Assembly: GCA_050250855.1 (NCBI GenBank) | Contig: JBFWNW010000001.1 | Coordinates: forward strand, 224,001-288,000 | Direction of reading: 5' to 3' | Length of the DNA: 64,000 nucleotides | Source: Candidatus Babeliales bacterium | Lineage (GTDB): Bacteria > Babelota > Babeliae > Babelales > JACPOV01 | Part shown: one piece after another, positions 1 to 11,549 of the stretch | Layout: the number at the start of each line of letters is the position of its first letter | Position numbering within the stretch: the stretch's first letter is position 1 | Program-made: the position numbers and the translations under genes | Notes under the pieces: model-generated | What the model saw: only the letters and a program-made list of their open reading frames with translations | Databases searched by the model: none | What the model was told of the DNA's origin: nothing

Positions 1-1
1 T

Positions 2-1420
2 GATTTCGATGATGCTCTAGCTGAAAAATTTTTGAATGAAGAGCCGATAGCGGTAGAAGAAATAAAAACTGCTTTACGTAAGGGCGTTCTTGATATGAAA
101 GTTGTGCCATCTTTTTGTGGTACTGCTTTCAAAAATAAAGGAGTTCAGCTTGTTCTTGATGCAGTTGTAGATTATCTTCCTTCTCCTTTGGATGTTCCTC
201 CTGTTGTTGGACAGGATCCTTCAACTGGTGCTGAGATTATAAGAAAAGCAGATCCTAACGAGCCTTTTGCTGCATTAGCATTTAAGATTATGACAGATCC
301 GTATGTTGGTGTTTTAACGTTTTTGCGTGTTTACTCTGGCCAGCTTAAATCTGGTTCTTATGTGTTGAATGCAAGTAACGGTAAAAAAGAGCGTGTTAGC
401 CGTCTTGTAAAAATGCATGCAAATAAGCGAGAAGAGATTGATGAGGTAAGTGCAGGTGATATTTGTGCTGCAGTAGGTGTGAAGGATGCTATCACAGGAA
501 ATACTCTATGTGATGAAGGTCATCCTATTATTCTTGAATCTATTGACGTACCACCTCCCGTTATTTCTGCTTCTATTGAGCCAAAAAATAAAGCTGACTA
601 TGAAAAAATGACATTAGCATTACGTAAAATGATGCTTGAAGATCCGTCATTTAAATTCTCATATGATACTGAAACTGGTCAAACAGTAATTCAGGGAATG
701 GGAGAGCTGCATCTTGAAATTGTGGTGGATCGTTTAAAGCGTGAGCACAAAGTAGAGGTAGTTCAAGGAAAACTTCAAGTTGCTTATAGAGAAACTATTC
801 AAAAACCTGCTGAAGCTGAAGGTAAATACATTAAGCAAACAGGTGGTAAAGGTCAGTATGGGCACGTTTGGTTGAAAGTAGAGCCTTTAGAGCGAGGATC
901 CGAATTTATATTTGAGGATGCTGTTGTTGGGGGTTCTGTACCAAGAGAATTTGTTCCTGCTGTAGAAAAGGGTCTTAAAGAAGCATTACCTTCTGGTATT
1001 TTGGGTGGATATCCTATTGTAGATATTAAAGCAACCTTATATGATGGTTCTTATCACGATGTGGATTCTTCTGAATTAGCATTTAAAGTAGCAGCTTCTA
1101 TGGCATTTAAAGCTGCGATGGCGAAAGCTTCTCCTGTGCTGCTTGAACCTATAATGAAGGTTGAAGTAGAAACTCCAGATGAATATCTTGGTGACGTAAT
1201 GGGTGACTTGAACTCACGACGCGGTAGAATTTCTGGTATGGATGTAAAAGAGGGAACTCAGTTTATATCAGCAGAGGTTCCTTTGGCGGAAATGTTGGGG
1301 TATGCCACAAATTTACGCTCAATGACTAAAGGTCGAGCTGGATATTCTATGGAATTTGAGTGTTATCGCGAAGTTCCACAGAGTGTACAAAATGCAATTG
1401 TAGAGAAAAAGAGTAAATAG
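2..1420 (+). CDS. fusA: Elongation factor G, 5'-truncated by window edge
   Basis: Frame open from base 2 ([11 protein letters not shown]...); EF-G motifs [37 protein letters not shown]; upstream of tuf. Confidence 0.98.
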   Translation, partial: DFDDALAEKFLNEEPIAVEEIKTALRKGVLDMKVVPSFCGTAFKNKGVQLVLDAVVDYLPSPLDVPPVVGQDPSTGAEIIRKADPNEPFAALAFKIMTDPYVGVLTFLRVYSGQLKSGSYVLNASNGKKERVSRLVKMHANKREEIDEVSAGDICAAVGVKDAITGNTLCDEGHPIILESIDVPPPVISASIEPKNKADYEKMTLALRKMMLEDPSFKFSYDTETGQTVIQGMGELHLEIVVDRLKREHKVEVVQGKLQVAYRETIQKPAEAEGKYIKQTGGKGQYGHVWLKVEPLERGSEFIFEDAVVGGSVPREFVPAVEKGLKEALPSGILGGYPIVDIKATLYDGSYHDVDSSELAFKVAASMAFKAAMAKASPVLLEPIMKVEVETPDEYLGDVMGDLNSRRGRISGMDVKEGTQFISAEVPLAEMLGYATNLRSMTKGRAGYSMEFECYREVPQSVQNAIVEKKSK

Positions 1421-1461
1421 TTGGATTAATTAATTAAATAATAGTTTTTGGGAGTCCATTC

Positions 1462-2652
1462 ATGGCAAAAGAACAATTTCAGCGAAAAAAACCGCATGTT
1501 AATGTCGGTACTATTGGTCACGTTGACCACGGTAAAACAACGTTAACCGCTGCAATAACAAAGCACCAAGCTTCTAAAGGTTTGGCATCAGCTAAAGCAT
1601 TTGATGAAATTGATAATGCACCAGAAGAAAAAGCACGTGGTATTACTATTGCTACATCTCACGTAGAGTATGAGTCTCCTAAGCGTCACTTTGCTCACGT
1701 AGACTGCCCTGGTCACGCTGACTATGTAAAAAATATGATTACTGGTGCTGCTCAGATGGATGGTGCAATTTTGGTTGTATCAGCTGCTGATGGTGCTATG
1801 CCTCAGACTCGTGAACACATTCTCTTGGCACGCAACGTAGGTGTTCCTGCGATTGTTGTGTTCTTGAACAAATGTGACATGGTCGATGACCCAGAAATGA
1901 TCGACATGGTAGAAGAAGAAGTTAGAGAATTATTGACCAAATATGATTTTCCTGGTGATAAGGTTCCTTTTATAAGAGGATCAGCTGTTAAAGCTCTTCA
2001 AGGTGAAAATTCTGAGTTAGGCGGTCAAGCAATTGACAAATTAATGGAAGCTTTAGATAACTACATTCCTGAGCCGGCTCGTGAAATTGATAAACCATTC
2101 TTGATGCCTGTTGAACAAGTATTTTCGATTTCTGGTCGTGGTACTGTAGCAACTGGTCGTATTGAGCGTGGTAAAGTTAAAGTTGGTGATGAAGTTGAAA
2201 TTATTGGTTTCGGAACCAAAATGAAAACAACAGTTACTGGCGTTGAAATGTTTAAAAAAGAAATGACTGATGGTCAAGCTGGTGAAAACGTTGGCTTGCT
2301 TCTTCGTGGTGTGAAAAAAGAAGATGTAGAGCGCGGCATGGTTGTTGTTGCTCCTGGTTCTATTACGCCACACAAAAAGTTTAAGTGTCAAGTATACGTG
2401 TTGAGTAAAGATGAAGGTGGAAGACATAGTCCATTCTTCAATGGTTACAGACCACAGTTCTATTTTAGAACAACAGACGTTACTGGTATTGTAACATTGC
2501 CTGCTGGTCGAGAAATGGTTATGCCTGGTGACAACGTTGTATTAGACGTTGACTTGATTTCACCAATTGCGATGGAAAAAGATCTTCGTTTTTCTATTCG
2601 TGAAGGTGGCAGAACTGTTGGATCTGGTGTTGTAACTGAAATTTTAGAATAA
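1462..2652 (+). CDS. tuf: Elongation factor Tu
   Basis: [36 protein letters not shown]. Confidence 0.99.
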   Translation: MAKEQFQRKKPHVNVGTIGHVDHGKTTLTAAITKHQASKGLASAKAFDEIDNAPEEKARGITIATSHVEYESPKRHFAHVDCPGHADYVKNMITGAAQMDGAILVVSAADGAMPQTREHILLARNVGVPAIVVFLNKCDMVDDPEMIDMVEEEVRELLTKYDFPGDKVPFIRGSAVKALQGENSELGGQAIDKLMEALDNYIPEPAREIDKPFLMPVEQVFSISGRGTVATGRIERGKVKVGDEVEIIGFGTKMKTTVTGVEMFKKEMTDGQAGENVGLLLRGVKKEDVERGMVVVAPGSITPHKKFKCQVYVLSKDEGGRHSPFFNGYRPQFYFRTTDVTGIVTLPAGREMVMPGDNVVLDVDLISPIAMEKDLRFSIREGGRTVGSGVVTEILE

Positions 2653-2669
2653 GGTTTAGGACAGGTTTT

Positions 2670-2975
2670 ATGAAAAAGCAAAAAATTCGCTTATCATTAA
2701 AATCCTATGATCATCAGTTGCTCGATAAAGCAGTAAAACAAATTGTTTTGACAGCAAAAAGAACAGGCTCTGAAATAGTTGGGCCTGTTCCATTGCCTAA
2801 TAAAAGACAAATTTTTACTGTTCTACGATCTCCTCATGTTGATAAGAAGTCAAGAGAACAATTTGCACTAACAACGCATAAACGTATTCTTGATATCGTT
2901 GCGCCTTCAGATCAAACAATGGACGCATTGATGAAATTAAATATTTCATCTGGGGTTGACGTAGAAATAAGTTAA
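2670..2975 (+). CDS. rpsJ: 30S ribosomal protein S10
   Basis: [20 protein letters not shown]. Confidence 0.99.
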   Translation: MKKQKIRLSLKSYDHQLLDKAVKQIVLTAKRTGSEIVGPVPLPNKRQIFTVLRSPHVDKKSREQFALTTHKRILDIVAPSDQTMDALMKLNISSGVDVEIS

Positions 2976-2990
2976 GATGAAAGGTCTAGG

Positions 2991-3614
2991 ATGCTGAAAG
3001 GTTTATGGGGAAAAAAAATTGGAATGACGCAAGTATTTTCTAAAGAAAATATTGTGGTTCCAGTTACGGTGATTGATCTTGATAATTGGTATGTAACCAA
3101 CATCAAGACCAATGAGCGTGATGGTTATTCTGCTATTCAAGTTGGTCACTTGAGAAAAAAATACAGTGATCAACCATTTTCAAAAGATTGGCTGAAGCAA
3201 CCAAAAGATTACTTTGTGTTTTTAAGAGAAATTAAATTAGAGAAAGAGCCTGAAACGCCTTTTGAAATAGGACAAGCATTAGATATAACTTCTGTTATTG
3301 AAGAGGGTAAAAATGTTGATGTCTTTGGTATAACAAAAGGTAAGGGTTTCCAAGGTGTTATCAAGCGACATGGTTTTAGAGGGGGTCCTGCGAGTCACGG
3401 TCCTCGATTTGGAAGATGGCCCGGTTCGGTTAGCTTTATGCGCTCTCAAGGTAGAGTTATTAAAGGGAAAAAATTACCTGGACACATGGGTGTTGCTAAT
3501 CGTGTAATGAAAAACTTGGAAATTATTAAGATTGAAAATGGATCAAAAATTGCCTTGGTAAAAGGCAGTGTTCCAGGAAATTCAGGATCGCTCGTATTTA
3601 TGCAGAAAGCGTAA
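2991..3614 (+). CDS. rplC: 50S ribosomal protein L3
   Basis: GKKIGMTQVF, KGKGFQGVIKRHGF, GKKLPGHMG. Confidence 0.98.
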   Translation: MLKGLWGKKIGMTQVFSKENIVVPVTVIDLDNWYVTNIKTNERDGYSAIQVGHLRKKYSDQPFSKDWLKQPKDYFVFLREIKLEKEPETPFEIGQALDITSVIEEGKNVDVFGITKGKGFQGVIKRHGFRGGPASHGPRFGRWPGSVSFMRSQGRVIKGKKLPGHMGVANRVMKNLEIIKIENGSKIALVKGSVPGNSGSLVFMQKA

Positions 3615-3617
3615 GCA

Positions 3618-4271
3618 ATGTGTGCTCGAAAAATGAATAATACAAATACTGATATAAAAGATGCTCAAGTAATGCAAGAAAAAGATTTGGCGAATATTGT
3701 CGCAAGGCGAGAAGTTTCTGCCGCATCTTTTTCAACATGGGTTCGTCAGCTTTTGCAAAATTGGCGACAAGGAACCGTGGGTTGCAAAACAAGAGCAGAA
3801 GTAAATCGTACAGGTAAAAAACCTTGGAAACAAAAAGGTACTGGTAGAGCTCGTGCTGGTACTGCTCGATCTCCATTATGGAGAGGTGGCGGTATTGTTT
3901 TTGGGCCTCAGCCTCGTACGCGTACGTTGAAAGTAACAAAAAAAGTAAAAGAAGGTGTTTTAAACACGCTTTTATGGAATGCTGTTGACGCTGGAAAAGT
4001 TGTTACCTTGAATTGGAAGCTTGATGCTGCCAAACCAAAAACAGCATTAGCTCAACAAGTACTAAAGCAGGCAGGTCTTGATATTGTTAAGGTTTGTTTG
4101 TTGTTGCCGGCTGATGACTTTTTGCATTTTGCTTCATTTGGAAATATACCTAATGTTAGAGTTGTTCCTTTTGATGCGGTAAATGCTTATGATCTAGCTT
4201 TGGCAGATAAATGGGTTGTTTTGGAAAAAGATTTAGACGTCTTTAAGGATATGGTGAGTGCATGGCATTAA
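3618..4271 (+). CDS. rplD: 50S ribosomal protein L4 (start may be 3633)
   Basis: [34 protein letters not shown]10 operon order. Confidence 0.97.
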   Translation: MCARKMNNTNTDIKDAQVMQEKDLANIVARREVSAASFSTWVRQLLQNWRQGTVGCKTRAEVNRTGKKPWKQKGTGRARAGTARSPLWRGGGIVFGPQPRTRTLKVTKKVKEGVLNTLLWNAVDAGKVVTLNWKLDAAKPKTALAQQVLKQAGLDIVKVCLLLPADDFLHFASFGNIPNVRVVPFDAVNAYDLALADKWVVLEKDLDVFKDMVSAWH

Positions 4272-4600
4272 CAATTTATGATATTATTCAGGGACCCATT
4301 ATTACCGAAAAGGCTTCTGATCTAGTAAATAATTTGAATAAAGTTGTTTTAAAAGTACATAACAAGGCAAATAAGCCTCTGATTAAAGAAGCTCTAGAAA
4401 AACTTTTTGATGTAAAAGTTGCTGATGTTCGTGTGATGGTTCGTAAGGGAAAGACTCGTTCGTTTAAAGGAAAAACTACTGTTGCCTCTGATCAAAAACG
4501 AGCAATTATTACTTTGAAACCTGGATACTCGCTTAACATGACAGAAACTCCTGGAGCAGCTGCTACGGAAGTCGTAGAGCGTCCAGAGGCAAAAAACTAA
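4262..4600 (+). CDS. rplW: 50S ribosomal protein L23
   Basis: [32 protein letters not shown]. Confidence 0.96.
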   Translation: MALTIYDIIQGPIITEKASDLVNNLNKVVLKVHNKANKPLIKEALEKLFDVKVADVRVMVRKGKTRSFKGKTTVASDQKRAIITLKPGYSLNMTETPGAAATEVVERPEAKN

Positions 4601-4617
4601 GTAAGAAAGAATAAGAA

Positions 4618-5436
4618 ATGGCAATACGGACAAGAAAACCACGAAACGCATCATTACGATTTCAGACCTTTTTAATATCTGATGATATTACTACAACAAC
4701 ACCAGAAAAATCATTAGTTGTTGGGTTAAAAAAACAAGGCGGTAGAAATACGTACGGAAGAATAACTGTTCGCCATAGAGGCGGTGGTGCTGCTCGTAAA
4801 TATCGAATTGTTGATTTTAAAAGAGATATTCATGATGTTCCAGGTAAATTAACAACTATTGAATATGATCCTAATAGAAATGTTCGTATAGGGTTGGTTA
4901 CTTATGCAAATGGAGCAAAGCGTTATGTTTTGATACCAGAGGGACTTAATGTAGGCAACATTATATTTGCAGGCGAATCTGTCGAGCCTAAAATTGGTAA
5001 TGCTCTGCCATTGAAAGCCATACCTGTTGGTTTTATGGTTCATAATATAGAAATTAAGCCGGGATCTGGTGGGAAGCTTGTTCGTAGTGCTGGAAGTTCT
5101 GCCCAAGTTATGGCTAAAGAAGGTGAAAATGTAACCTTAAAAATGCCTTCTGGTGAAATTAGAATGGTTAATCAAAACTGTTGGGCGACAGTGGGAACTT
5201 TGGGTATGGCTGAGTACAAAAACTTGATTATTGGAAAAGCTGGACGCACACGTCATCTAGGCATTAGACCAACAGTGCGAGGTATGGCTATGAACCCTGT
5301 TGACCATCCACATGGTGGTGGTGAAGGTCGTTCGAAATCTGGTTCTCATCCTGTATCTCCATGGGGTAAAGGTGCTAAGGGAACTAGAACTCGTACAAGA
5401 AAAAATCCATTGATTATTAGAAGAAGAAAGAAATAA
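4618..5436 (+). CDS. rplB: 50S ribosomal protein L2
   Basis: IEYDPNR, GKAGRTR, RGMAMNPVDHPHGGGEG. Confidence 0.99.
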   Translation: MAIRTRKPRNASLRFQTFLISDDITTTTPEKSLVVGLKKQGGRNTYGRITVRHRGGGAARKYRIVDFKRDIHDVPGKLTTIEYDPNRNVRIGLVTYANGAKRYVLIPEGLNVGNIIFAGESVEPKIGNALPLKAIPVGFMVHNIEIKPGSGGKLVRSAGSSAQVMAKEGENVTLKMPSGEIRMVNQNCWATVGTLGMAEYKNLIIGKAGRTRHLGIRPTVRGMAMNPVDHPHGGGEGRSKSGSHPVSPWGKGAKGTRTRTRKNPLIIRRRKK

Positions 5437-5461
5437 CTGTTAGGCAAGAAGTGAATATATT

Positions 5462-5743
5462 ATGACTAGATCGGTAAAAAAGGGACCTTTCGTTGACGAA
5501 TCCCTTATGAACAAAGTTGAGAAATTAAAATCGAGTGGTAAGCGTGATGTGATAAAGACATGGTCACGCAGAAGCATGGTTATTCCTGATTTTGTTGGAT
5601 TAACTATTGCTGTTCATAATGGAAAGAAATTTGTACCTGTTTTTATTACTGAAAACATGGTGGGGCATTATTTGGGAGAGTTTGCTCCAACACGAACGTT
5701 TAAAATGCACAGTGGCCAACGTAAAGCTGTAGTTGCCGGGTAA
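5462..5743 (+). CDS. rpsS: 30S ribosomal protein S19
   Basis: [28 protein letters not shown]. Confidence 0.99.
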   Translation: MTRSVKKGPFVDESLMNKVEKLKSSGKRDVIKTWSRRSMVIPDFVGLTIAVHNGKKFVPVFITENMVGHYLGEFAPTRTFKMHSGQRKAVVAG

Positions 5744-5839
5744 TATAAAATTAGGTATATTAGTATAATAGGCAAAAAAGCCCTTGTACTGCTATAGATA
5801 AGATAATTTGCAAAAATTTTTTTTGCATAGAGGAATAAA

Positions 5840-6184
5840 ATGCAGTTTGTTGCAAAATCAAAATTTGTACGAAAATCACCGTATAAAATAAGGCCTTTGG
5901 CTGACTTTATACGAGGAAAAAATGTTAAAACAGCTATAGATTGGCTTTATGCCAATGAGACACAGCGAGTTACTCCCCTTAAAAAAGTGCTTGAGTCAGC
6001 TGTTGCTAATGCAAAAAATTTAAAAAATGCTAAACCTGAAAATCTTTATATTAAAGATCTTAGGGTTGATCAAGGCCCTATTTTCCGCTATTACAAGGCT
6101 GGAGCTATGGGTCGAGCAGAGATTTTACGTAAACGTTTTAGTCATATAAGTGTGACTTTAGAAGATAAGCAGAAAGAGGTATAG
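5840..6184 (+). CDS. rplV: 50S ribosomal protein L22
   Basis: SPYKIR, LESAVANA, VDQGP, SHISV. Confidence 0.97.
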   Translation: MQFVAKSKFVRKSPYKIRPLADFIRGKNVKTAIDWLYANETQRVTPLKKVLESAVANAKNLKNAKPENLYIKDLRVDQGPIFRYYKAGAMGRAEILRKRFSHISVTLEDKQKEV

Positions 6185-6185
6185 C

Positions 6186-6818
6186 GTGGGACAAAAGGTA
6201 AGCCCTGTAGGCTTTCGTGTTGGTGTTTATCGTGATTGGGATGCACACTGGTTTGCAAGAAAATCTTATGGGAAACAATTGCTTGAAGATCTTGCAGTTA
6301 GAAAATATTTAAATAAAGTTCTTGATGGTGCAGAGATAGGAAGAATTGAAATAGAAAAAGCTGGCGATAGTGTCAAAGTTACTATTCATTCTGCTCGTCC
6401 TGGCCAAGTAATAGGAAAAAAAGGCCAAGATATTGATCAATTGAGACAGCACCTTAGCAAATTAATTGGCCGTAAAAGCATAGAAATTTCTGTGCAAGAA
6501 ATAAAGAAGCCTGAACTTGATGCTAATGTGGTTGCGCGTAATATAGCATCTCAGCTTGAAAAGCGAGCAAGCTATAAATCTGTAATGAAAAAGGCTGTTA
6601 GTGCTGCAATGAGAAGTGGTGCTAAAGGAATAAAAATTCGCTGCTCTGGCCGCTTGGGTGGAGCTGAAATTGCTCGAGAAGAGTGGGTCCGTTTTGGTGC
6701 GATTCCTTTACATACACTTAGATCTGATATTGACTATGGATTTGCTCAAGCAAAGACGACCTACGGAATAATAGGGGTAAAAGTTTGGATTTGTAAGGGT
6801 GATTATCCAGTAGTTTAA
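6186..6818 (+). CDS. rpsC: 30S ribosomal protein S3
   Basis: GTG start; GQKVSPVGFR, RPGQVIGKKG, SGRLGGAEIAR. Confidence 0.99.
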   Translation: MGQKVSPVGFRVGVYRDWDAHWFARKSYGKQLLEDLAVRKYLNKVLDGAEIGRIEIEKAGDSVKVTIHSARPGQVIGKKGQDIDQLRQHLSKLIGRKSIEISVQEIKKPELDANVVARNIASQLEKRASYKSVMKKAVSAAMRSGAKGIKIRCSGRLGGAEIAREEWVRFGAIPLHTLRSDIDYGFAQAKTTYGIIGVKVWICKGDYPVV

Positions 6819-6845
6819 AAATTAGTGAACTAAGAGAGAATTATT

Positions 6846-7268
6846 ATGTTAATGCCAAAAAAAACTAAGTATCGCAAAACACAAAAAGGCACTATGAAGG
6901 GGCGCTCCAAAGGTGCACAAGAGGTTTTCTTTGGAGAATATGGCTTGCAAGCAGTCGAGCCTGCATGGTTAACTTCGCAACAAATTGAAGCAATGCGTGT
7001 TACCATTTCAAGAAGATTAAAAAAAACGGGTAAATTATTTTTACGTGTTTTTCCTGATAAGCCAGTTACAAAAAAACCAGCTGAAACTCGTATGGGTAAA
7101 GGTAAAGGGGCTCCTGAGAGTTGGGTTGCTGTTGTTAAACGTGGAAGAGTCATTGTTGAAATTGAGGGATTATCTGAGGCTGAAACAAAGCAAGCTTTGC
7201 AGTCAGCTGCCTATAAGTTACCTATGAAAACTAAATTTGTGGCAAGGGATCATGAGCAAAATGCGTGA
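6846..7268 (+). CDS. rplP: 50S ribosomal protein L16
   Basis: [20 protein letters not shown]. Confidence 0.99.
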   Translation: MLMPKKTKYRKTQKGTMKGRSKGAQEVFFGEYGLQAVEPAWLTSQQIEAMRVTISRRLKKTGKLFLRVFPDKPVTKKPAETRMGKGKGAPESWVAVVKRGRVIVEIEGLSEAETKQALQSAAYKLPMKTKFVARDHEQNA

Positions 7269-7449
7269 AGAATTAAAAAACATGAGTGATGTTCAATTAA
7301 AAGAAAAGATTGAAGATCTTAAGCGAGAATATTTTAGTTTGAGACTAAATGCATCTACCGCTCATATAAAAGATTATTCGCAATTTAAAAAATTACGTAA
7401 AAATATTGCTCGTATTTTTACTCAGTTAAATAGTAAAAGTCGAGACTAA
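7252..7449 (+). CDS. rpmC: 50S ribosomal protein L29 (start 7252 or 7261)
   Basis: [10 protein letters not shown] motif; between rplP and rpsQ. Confidence 0.95.
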   Translation: MSKMREELKNMSDVQLKEKIEDLKREYFSLRLNASTAHIKDYSQFKKLRKNIARIFTQLNSKSRD

Positions 7450-7454
7450 AGAAC

Positions 7455-7727
7455 GTGATTAAGGATATTGCTGTGGAAGAAAAAAACATAAAACAAAAAA
7501 GCGTACTTACTGGAAAAGTTGTTTCAGATAAAATGGATAAAACTATTTTAGTGGAATATGAACGCACGTATAAAAGTGTGCTTACTAATAAAATTATGCG
7601 TTCAGTAAAAAAATACAAAGTGCATGATGAGCGTGAAGAAGCAAAAGTGGGCGATATGGTTGAATTTTTTGAAGGTCGTCCTGTTTCAAAAACAAAATAT
7701 ATGTATTTAGCGCGCGTTGTGCGTTAA
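7455..7727 (+). CDS. rpsQ: 30S ribosomal protein S17
   Basis: [25 protein letters not shown]. Confidence 0.98.
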   Translation: MIKDIAVEEKNIKQKSVLTGKVVSDKMDKTILVEYERTYKSVLTNKIMRSVKKYKVHDEREEAKVGDMVEFFEGRPVSKTKYMYLARVVR

Positions 7728-7746
7728 TTAAATGAGGTAATTGAGC

Positions 7747-8109
7747 ATGATTCAAAAGCAGACATATTTGGAAGTTGCCGATAACTCAGGAGCAAAATTA
7801 CTGCAGTGTATTCATATTGTTGGAAGCACAAGTAAAAGATTTGCATACCTTGGTGATAGAATTAAGTGCGCGGTAAAAAAAGCAATTCCAGGTGGCATGG
7901 TTAAAAAAGGTGACGTTGTTGATGCTGTTATCGTGCGTACAGCAAAAGAGAATAAACGGAATGATGGTAGCTATATTCGCTTTGGCGATAATGCTGCTGT
8001 TATCATTAAAGATAACGATATGGTTGCTACACGTATATTTGGTCCTGTAGCCCGTGAGTTAAAACAATCATTCCCTAAAGTTGTTTCATTAGCTCCTGAA
8101 GTGCTATAA
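7747..8109 (+). CDS. rplN: 50S ribosomal protein L14
   Basis: ATG 7747 after [31 protein letters not shown]. Confidence 0.99.
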   Translation: MIQKQTYLEVADNSGAKLLQCIHIVGSTSKRFAYLGDRIKCAVKKAIPGGMVKKGDVVDAVIVRTAKENKRNDGSYIRFGDNAAVIIKDNDMVATRIFGPVARELKQSFPKVVSLAPEVL

Positions 8110-8123
8110 GAGGTAATTAAAAT

Positions 8124-8435
8124 ATGGAACGTGTAAAAAAAACTGACACAGTTACCGTGGTTTCTGGTAAAGATAAAGGCAAAAGCGGTAAAGTTATTGA
8201 AATTTTGCCTAAAAAAGGTAAAGTATTGGTTAAGGGTGTTGCTCTGGTTACTAAGCATCAAAAAGCTCGTAAACAGGGTGAAGTTTCTGCTATCAAGAAG
8301 CAAGAAAGTTTTGTTGATCTCTCAAATGTTATGCCTAATTGTACTTCTTGCAAAAAACCTGTTCGCATAGGGGCAAAAGTCATTGATTCGGGCAAACGCA
8401 TAAGAGTTTGTAAAAGTTGTAATGAAAATTTTTAG
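8124..8435 (+). CDS. rplX: 50S ribosomal protein L24
   Basis: KOW motif SGKDKGKSGKV; spc operon order. Confidence 0.98.
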   Translation: MERVKKTDTVTVVSGKDKGKSGKVIEILPKKGKVLVKGVALVTKHQKARKQGEVSAIKKQESFVDLSNVMPNCTSCKKPVRIGAKVIDSGKRIRVCKSCNENF

Positions 8436-8452
8436 GTCTATGAGGAATATCA

Positions 8453-9004
8453 ATGGCTAGAGCGCGCTTAGATGAATTATACAAAAAAGAAATTCGTCCT
8501 CAATTAAAGAAAGATTTGGGGTACGGAAATATTATGGAAGTACCTAAACTTTCAAAGATCGTTGTTAATATTGGTGTTAAAGAGGCGGTTTCCGATAGTC
8601 GTATTTTGACTAAGGTTGCAGATGTTCTAGCTAAAATCACAGGACAAGTGCCCGTTCGTACTCTTGCAAAAAAATCTATTGCTGGATTTAAAATTAGAGA
8701 AGATATGCCAATAGGTCTTAAGGTTACTTTAAGAAAAGATAGCATGTATGAGTTTTTGGATCGCTTGGTAAACTTGGCTTTGCCTAAAGTTAAAGATTTC
8801 CAGGGACTTAAAACTAAGCTTGACACTTGCGGTAACTATAATTTGGGATTAAAAGAGTGGTCAATATTTCCTGAAGCTGAAAAAGCAAGTGAAGAATTAG
8901 CAAGCGGTATGAACATAACATTTCATATCGTTAACAAGAAGAATGAAGATGCGTTAGCATTGTTGAAAAAATTTGGTATGCCCTTTAAAAAAGCGGCACG
9001 TTAA
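8453..9004 (+). CDS. rplE: 50S ribosomal protein L5
   Basis: ITGQ.P, AKKSIAGFKIRE, KVTLR, MYEFLDRL. Confidence 0.98.
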   Translation: MARARLDELYKKEIRPQLKKDLGYGNIMEVPKLSKIVVNIGVKEAVSDSRILTKVADVLAKITGQVPVRTLAKKSIAGFKIREDMPIGLKVTLRKDSMYEFLDRLVNLALPKVKDFQGLKTKLDTCGNYNLGLKEWSIFPEAEKASEELASGMNITFHIVNKKNEDALALLKKFGMPFKKAAR

Positions 9005-9017
9005 CTGAGGTTAGGAT

Positions 9018-9203
9018 ATGGCAAAAAAGTCCTTAATTGAAAAAGCAAATAAAACACCAAAATTTGCAGTAAGACAAAGAAATAGATGTAAAGAGTGCGG
9101 CAGGCCTCGTGGTTATATGAGAATGTTTATGTTATGCAGAATTTGTTTTAGAAAATATGCATTAGAGGGTTGGCTACCGGGCATTAAAAAGGCCAGCTGG
9201 TAG
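9018..9203 (+). CDS. rpsN: 30S ribosomal protein S14, zinc-binding type
   Basis: 61 aa, RCKECGRPR...[11 protein letters not shown]. Confidence 0.98.
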   Translation: MAKKSLIEKANKTPKFAVRQRNRCKECGRPRGYMRMFMLCRICFRKYALEGWLPGIKKASW

Positions 9204-9222
9204 AACCTGTAGAGGATAGATA

Positions 9223-9618
9223 ATGTCAATTGATTCAATAGGAAATTTTTTAACTATTATACGTAACGGTTTTGTTTTGGGTAAGCGTTCTGTTGAAGCT
9301 CCTTTTTCAACTCTAAAATTTGATATTGCTCAAATACTCAAAGAAGAAGGCTTTATAAAAGATGCTGTTCTTATTGAAAAAGAAAATAACAAAAAATATA
9401 TAAAACTGTTCTTGAAATACGTTAATGGTGAATCGGTTATTCATGAATTAACACGCATAAGTAAGCCGAGTAATCGTTATTATGTTGGGGCTAAAAATGT
9501 TAAGCCCGTGATGGGAAATTTGGGATTATCAATCCTTACTACTAATAAAGGGCTCATGACTGACAAAAGAGCTAAAGAATTATCAGTAGGTGGGGAAGTT
9601 ATTTGCTCGGTTTGGTAA
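9223..9618 (+). CDS. rpsH: 30S ribosomal protein S8
   Basis: LTIIRN, ILKEEGFI, RISKP, GGEVICSVW. Confidence 0.98.
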   Translation: MSIDSIGNFLTIIRNGFVLGKRSVEAPFSTLKFDIAQILKEEGFIKDAVLIEKENNKKYIKLFLKYVNGESVIHELTRISKPSNRYYVGAKNVKPVMGNLGLSILTTNKGLMTDKRAKELSVGGEVICSVW

Positions 9619-9626
9619 GGAATTTT

Positions 9627-10163
9627 ATGTCAAAGATTGGAAGAAGACCAATTGATTTGGGTGATGTTCAAATAGAAGTTAAGGGAAGCGAAGTACATAT
9701 CAAAGGAAAAAATGCATCAAGCGTGCATGTTTTGCCCGATATGCTTTCTGTTCAAGTAGATAAAGATAAAAAGCAATTGAAACTTATGTGTAAAGAGTCT
9801 AATGCTGAAAACAATAGAGTCTGGGGTTTACACAGAGCTTTGTTATCCAACAAAATAGTTGGCGCTGACAAAGGTTTTGTAAGAGAGCTGAATATAACGG
9901 GGTTAGGGTACAAGGGTGTTCTTTCAGGGAATAAGGTTGTTTTTTCTTTAGGTTTTAGCCATAAAATTGATTTTCCTGTTCCTCAAGGCATTTCCTTTGA
10001 AATTGATAAAACAGGTCAAGTTATCAAAATTAAGGGAACCGATAAAGAACAACTAGGATTGATTGCCAGCAGAATTCGTTCATTAAGACCACCTGAGCCT
10101 TATAAAGCTACTGGTATAAAGTTTGCACAAGAAACAATTTTGCGTAAAGCTGGTAAGAGTTAA
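9627..10163 (+). CDS. rplF: 50S ribosomal protein L6
   Basis: MSKIGRRP start, LGFSH, RPPEPYK, RKAGK. Confidence 0.98.
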   Translation: MSKIGRRPIDLGDVQIEVKGSEVHIKGKNASSVHVLPDMLSVQVDKDKKQLKLMCKESNAENNRVWGLHRALLSNKIVGADKGFVRELNITGLGYKGVLSGNKVVFSLGFSHKIDFPVPQGISFEIDKTGQVIKIKGTDKEQLGLIASRIRSLRPPEPYKATGIKFAQETILRKAGKS

Positions 10164-10187
10164 TTTTAACCAATATAAGGAACTGTT

Positions 10188-10544
10188 GTGTCATTAGTAA
10201 GAAAATTAAAGAAAAGAAAAGAGCGTAGAGCATTACGTGTACGCAAAGCGTTTGATGCGAGTGATCTTCCGCGCATTACGGTTTTTCGTAGCGCAAAACA
10301 TATGTATGGTCAATTGATTAATGATGCTTCAGGAGAAACTGTTGCTAGTTATTCTACATTATCCTTAGAAAAGAAAATTAAGGGTGATAAAAAGGCTGTT
10401 GCCCATCATATAGGGGTTGAACTTGCAAAGAAGGCATTAGGCGAAGGAATTAAGCAAGTTGTTTTTGATCGTGGAGCATTTTTATATCACGGTCGAGTAA
10501 AAGCATTTGCAGATGGTCTTCGTGAAGGTGGATTAAAAATTTAA
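10188..10544 (+). CDS. rplR: 50S ribosomal protein L18
   Basis: PRITVFRS, VVFDRGAFLYHGRVKA. Confidence 0.98.
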   Translation: MSLVRKLKKRKERRALRVRKAFDASDLPRITVFRSAKHMYGQLINDASGETVASYSTLSLEKKIKGDKKAVAHHIGVELAKKALGEGIKQVVFDRGAFLYHGRVKAFADGLREGGLKI

Positions 10545-10573
10545 GTACGATATTCAAGGTAGGAATTTAAAAA

Positions 10574-11098
10574 ATGGCTGATGAGCGAAAAGAAAAAGAA
10601 AAAACATTCGTAGACTCTGTTGTGAGTGTACGCCGTGTTACAAAAGTGACAAAAGGTGGAAAACGTTTTTCTTTTTCAGCATTTGTAGTTTCTGGTGATC
10701 AACAGGGGAATATTGGTATAGCTCTTGGTAAGAGTAAAGAAGTTTCTTCTGCTATTGCTAAAGCGACTGCTCGTGCAAGAAAAGATATGATAACTATTCC
10801 TTTACGTGATAAAACAATTCCTTACAGCGTTTCTGGTAAACATGGCGCTAGTAAGGTTGTGATTAGATCTGCCTATAAGGGAACGGGAGTGATTGCTGGT
10901 GGTGCGGTTCGTGCTATCATGAAGGCAGCAGGTATAGAAGATGTATTGGCAAAATCACTTGGTTCAGCAAATAAGCAGAACGTAGTAAAGGCAACACTAA
11001 ATGCGTTGGCTAAATTACGAAGTGTAAAAAAAATGGCTCAATTAAGAAATAAAACACCTAAGCAAATCATAAAGGGAAGTCATGTTTCAGCTCAGTAA
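10574..11098 (+). CDS. rpsE: 30S ribosomal protein S5
   Basis: [26 protein letters not shown]. Confidence 0.99.
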   Translation: MADERKEKEKTFVDSVVSVRRVTKVTKGGKRFSFSAFVVSGDQQGNIGIALGKSKEVSSAIAKATARARKDMITIPLRDKTIPYSVSGKHGASKVVIRSAYKGTGVIAGGAVRAIMKAAGIEDVLAKSLGSANKQNVVKATLNALAKLRSVKKMAQLRNKTPKQIIKGSHVSAQ

Positions 11099-11549
11099 TC
11101 TTACTTCTGCAGGAAAAAAAAGAAAGCGCATAGGTCGCGGAGGTAGCCGTGGAGGAACTTCCGGAAAAGGACATAAAGGTCAGAAGGCTCGAACTGGACA
11201 TCATGGTGTTGGTGTCGGATTTGAGGGTGGCCAAATGCCTTTGTCTCGCCGTTTGCCAAAACATGGATTTAATAATAAACCTTTTGCTCAAGAATGGATC
11301 ATTGTTAATGTTGACGTTTTGAACACGGTATTCAGCGATGGCGATGAAGTAACAAAAGAAAAATTGCAAGAACTTGGTGTAATAACACCAAAAAAAGGCA
11401 GCAAAGGCAAAAGATTTAATTCAATCAAAATATTAGGTAACGGTTCTTTGTCAAAAAAATTAACTGTTTTTGCTGACGCCGCAAGTCAATCTGCAATAGA
11501 ATTAATTCAAGCAGCTGGTGGAAAAATTAATTTAACCAAGGAGAAGTAG
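11082..11549 (+). CDS. rplO: 50S ribosomal protein L15
   Basis: [30 protein letters not shown]. Confidence 0.98.
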   Translation: MFQLSNLTSAGKKRKRIGRGGSRGGTSGKGHKGQKARTGHHGVGVGFEGGQMPLSRRLPKHGFNNKPFAQEWIIVNVDVLNTVFSDGDEVTKEKLQELGVITPKKGSKGKRFNSIKILGNGSLSKKLTVFADAASQSAIELIQAAGGKINLTKEK

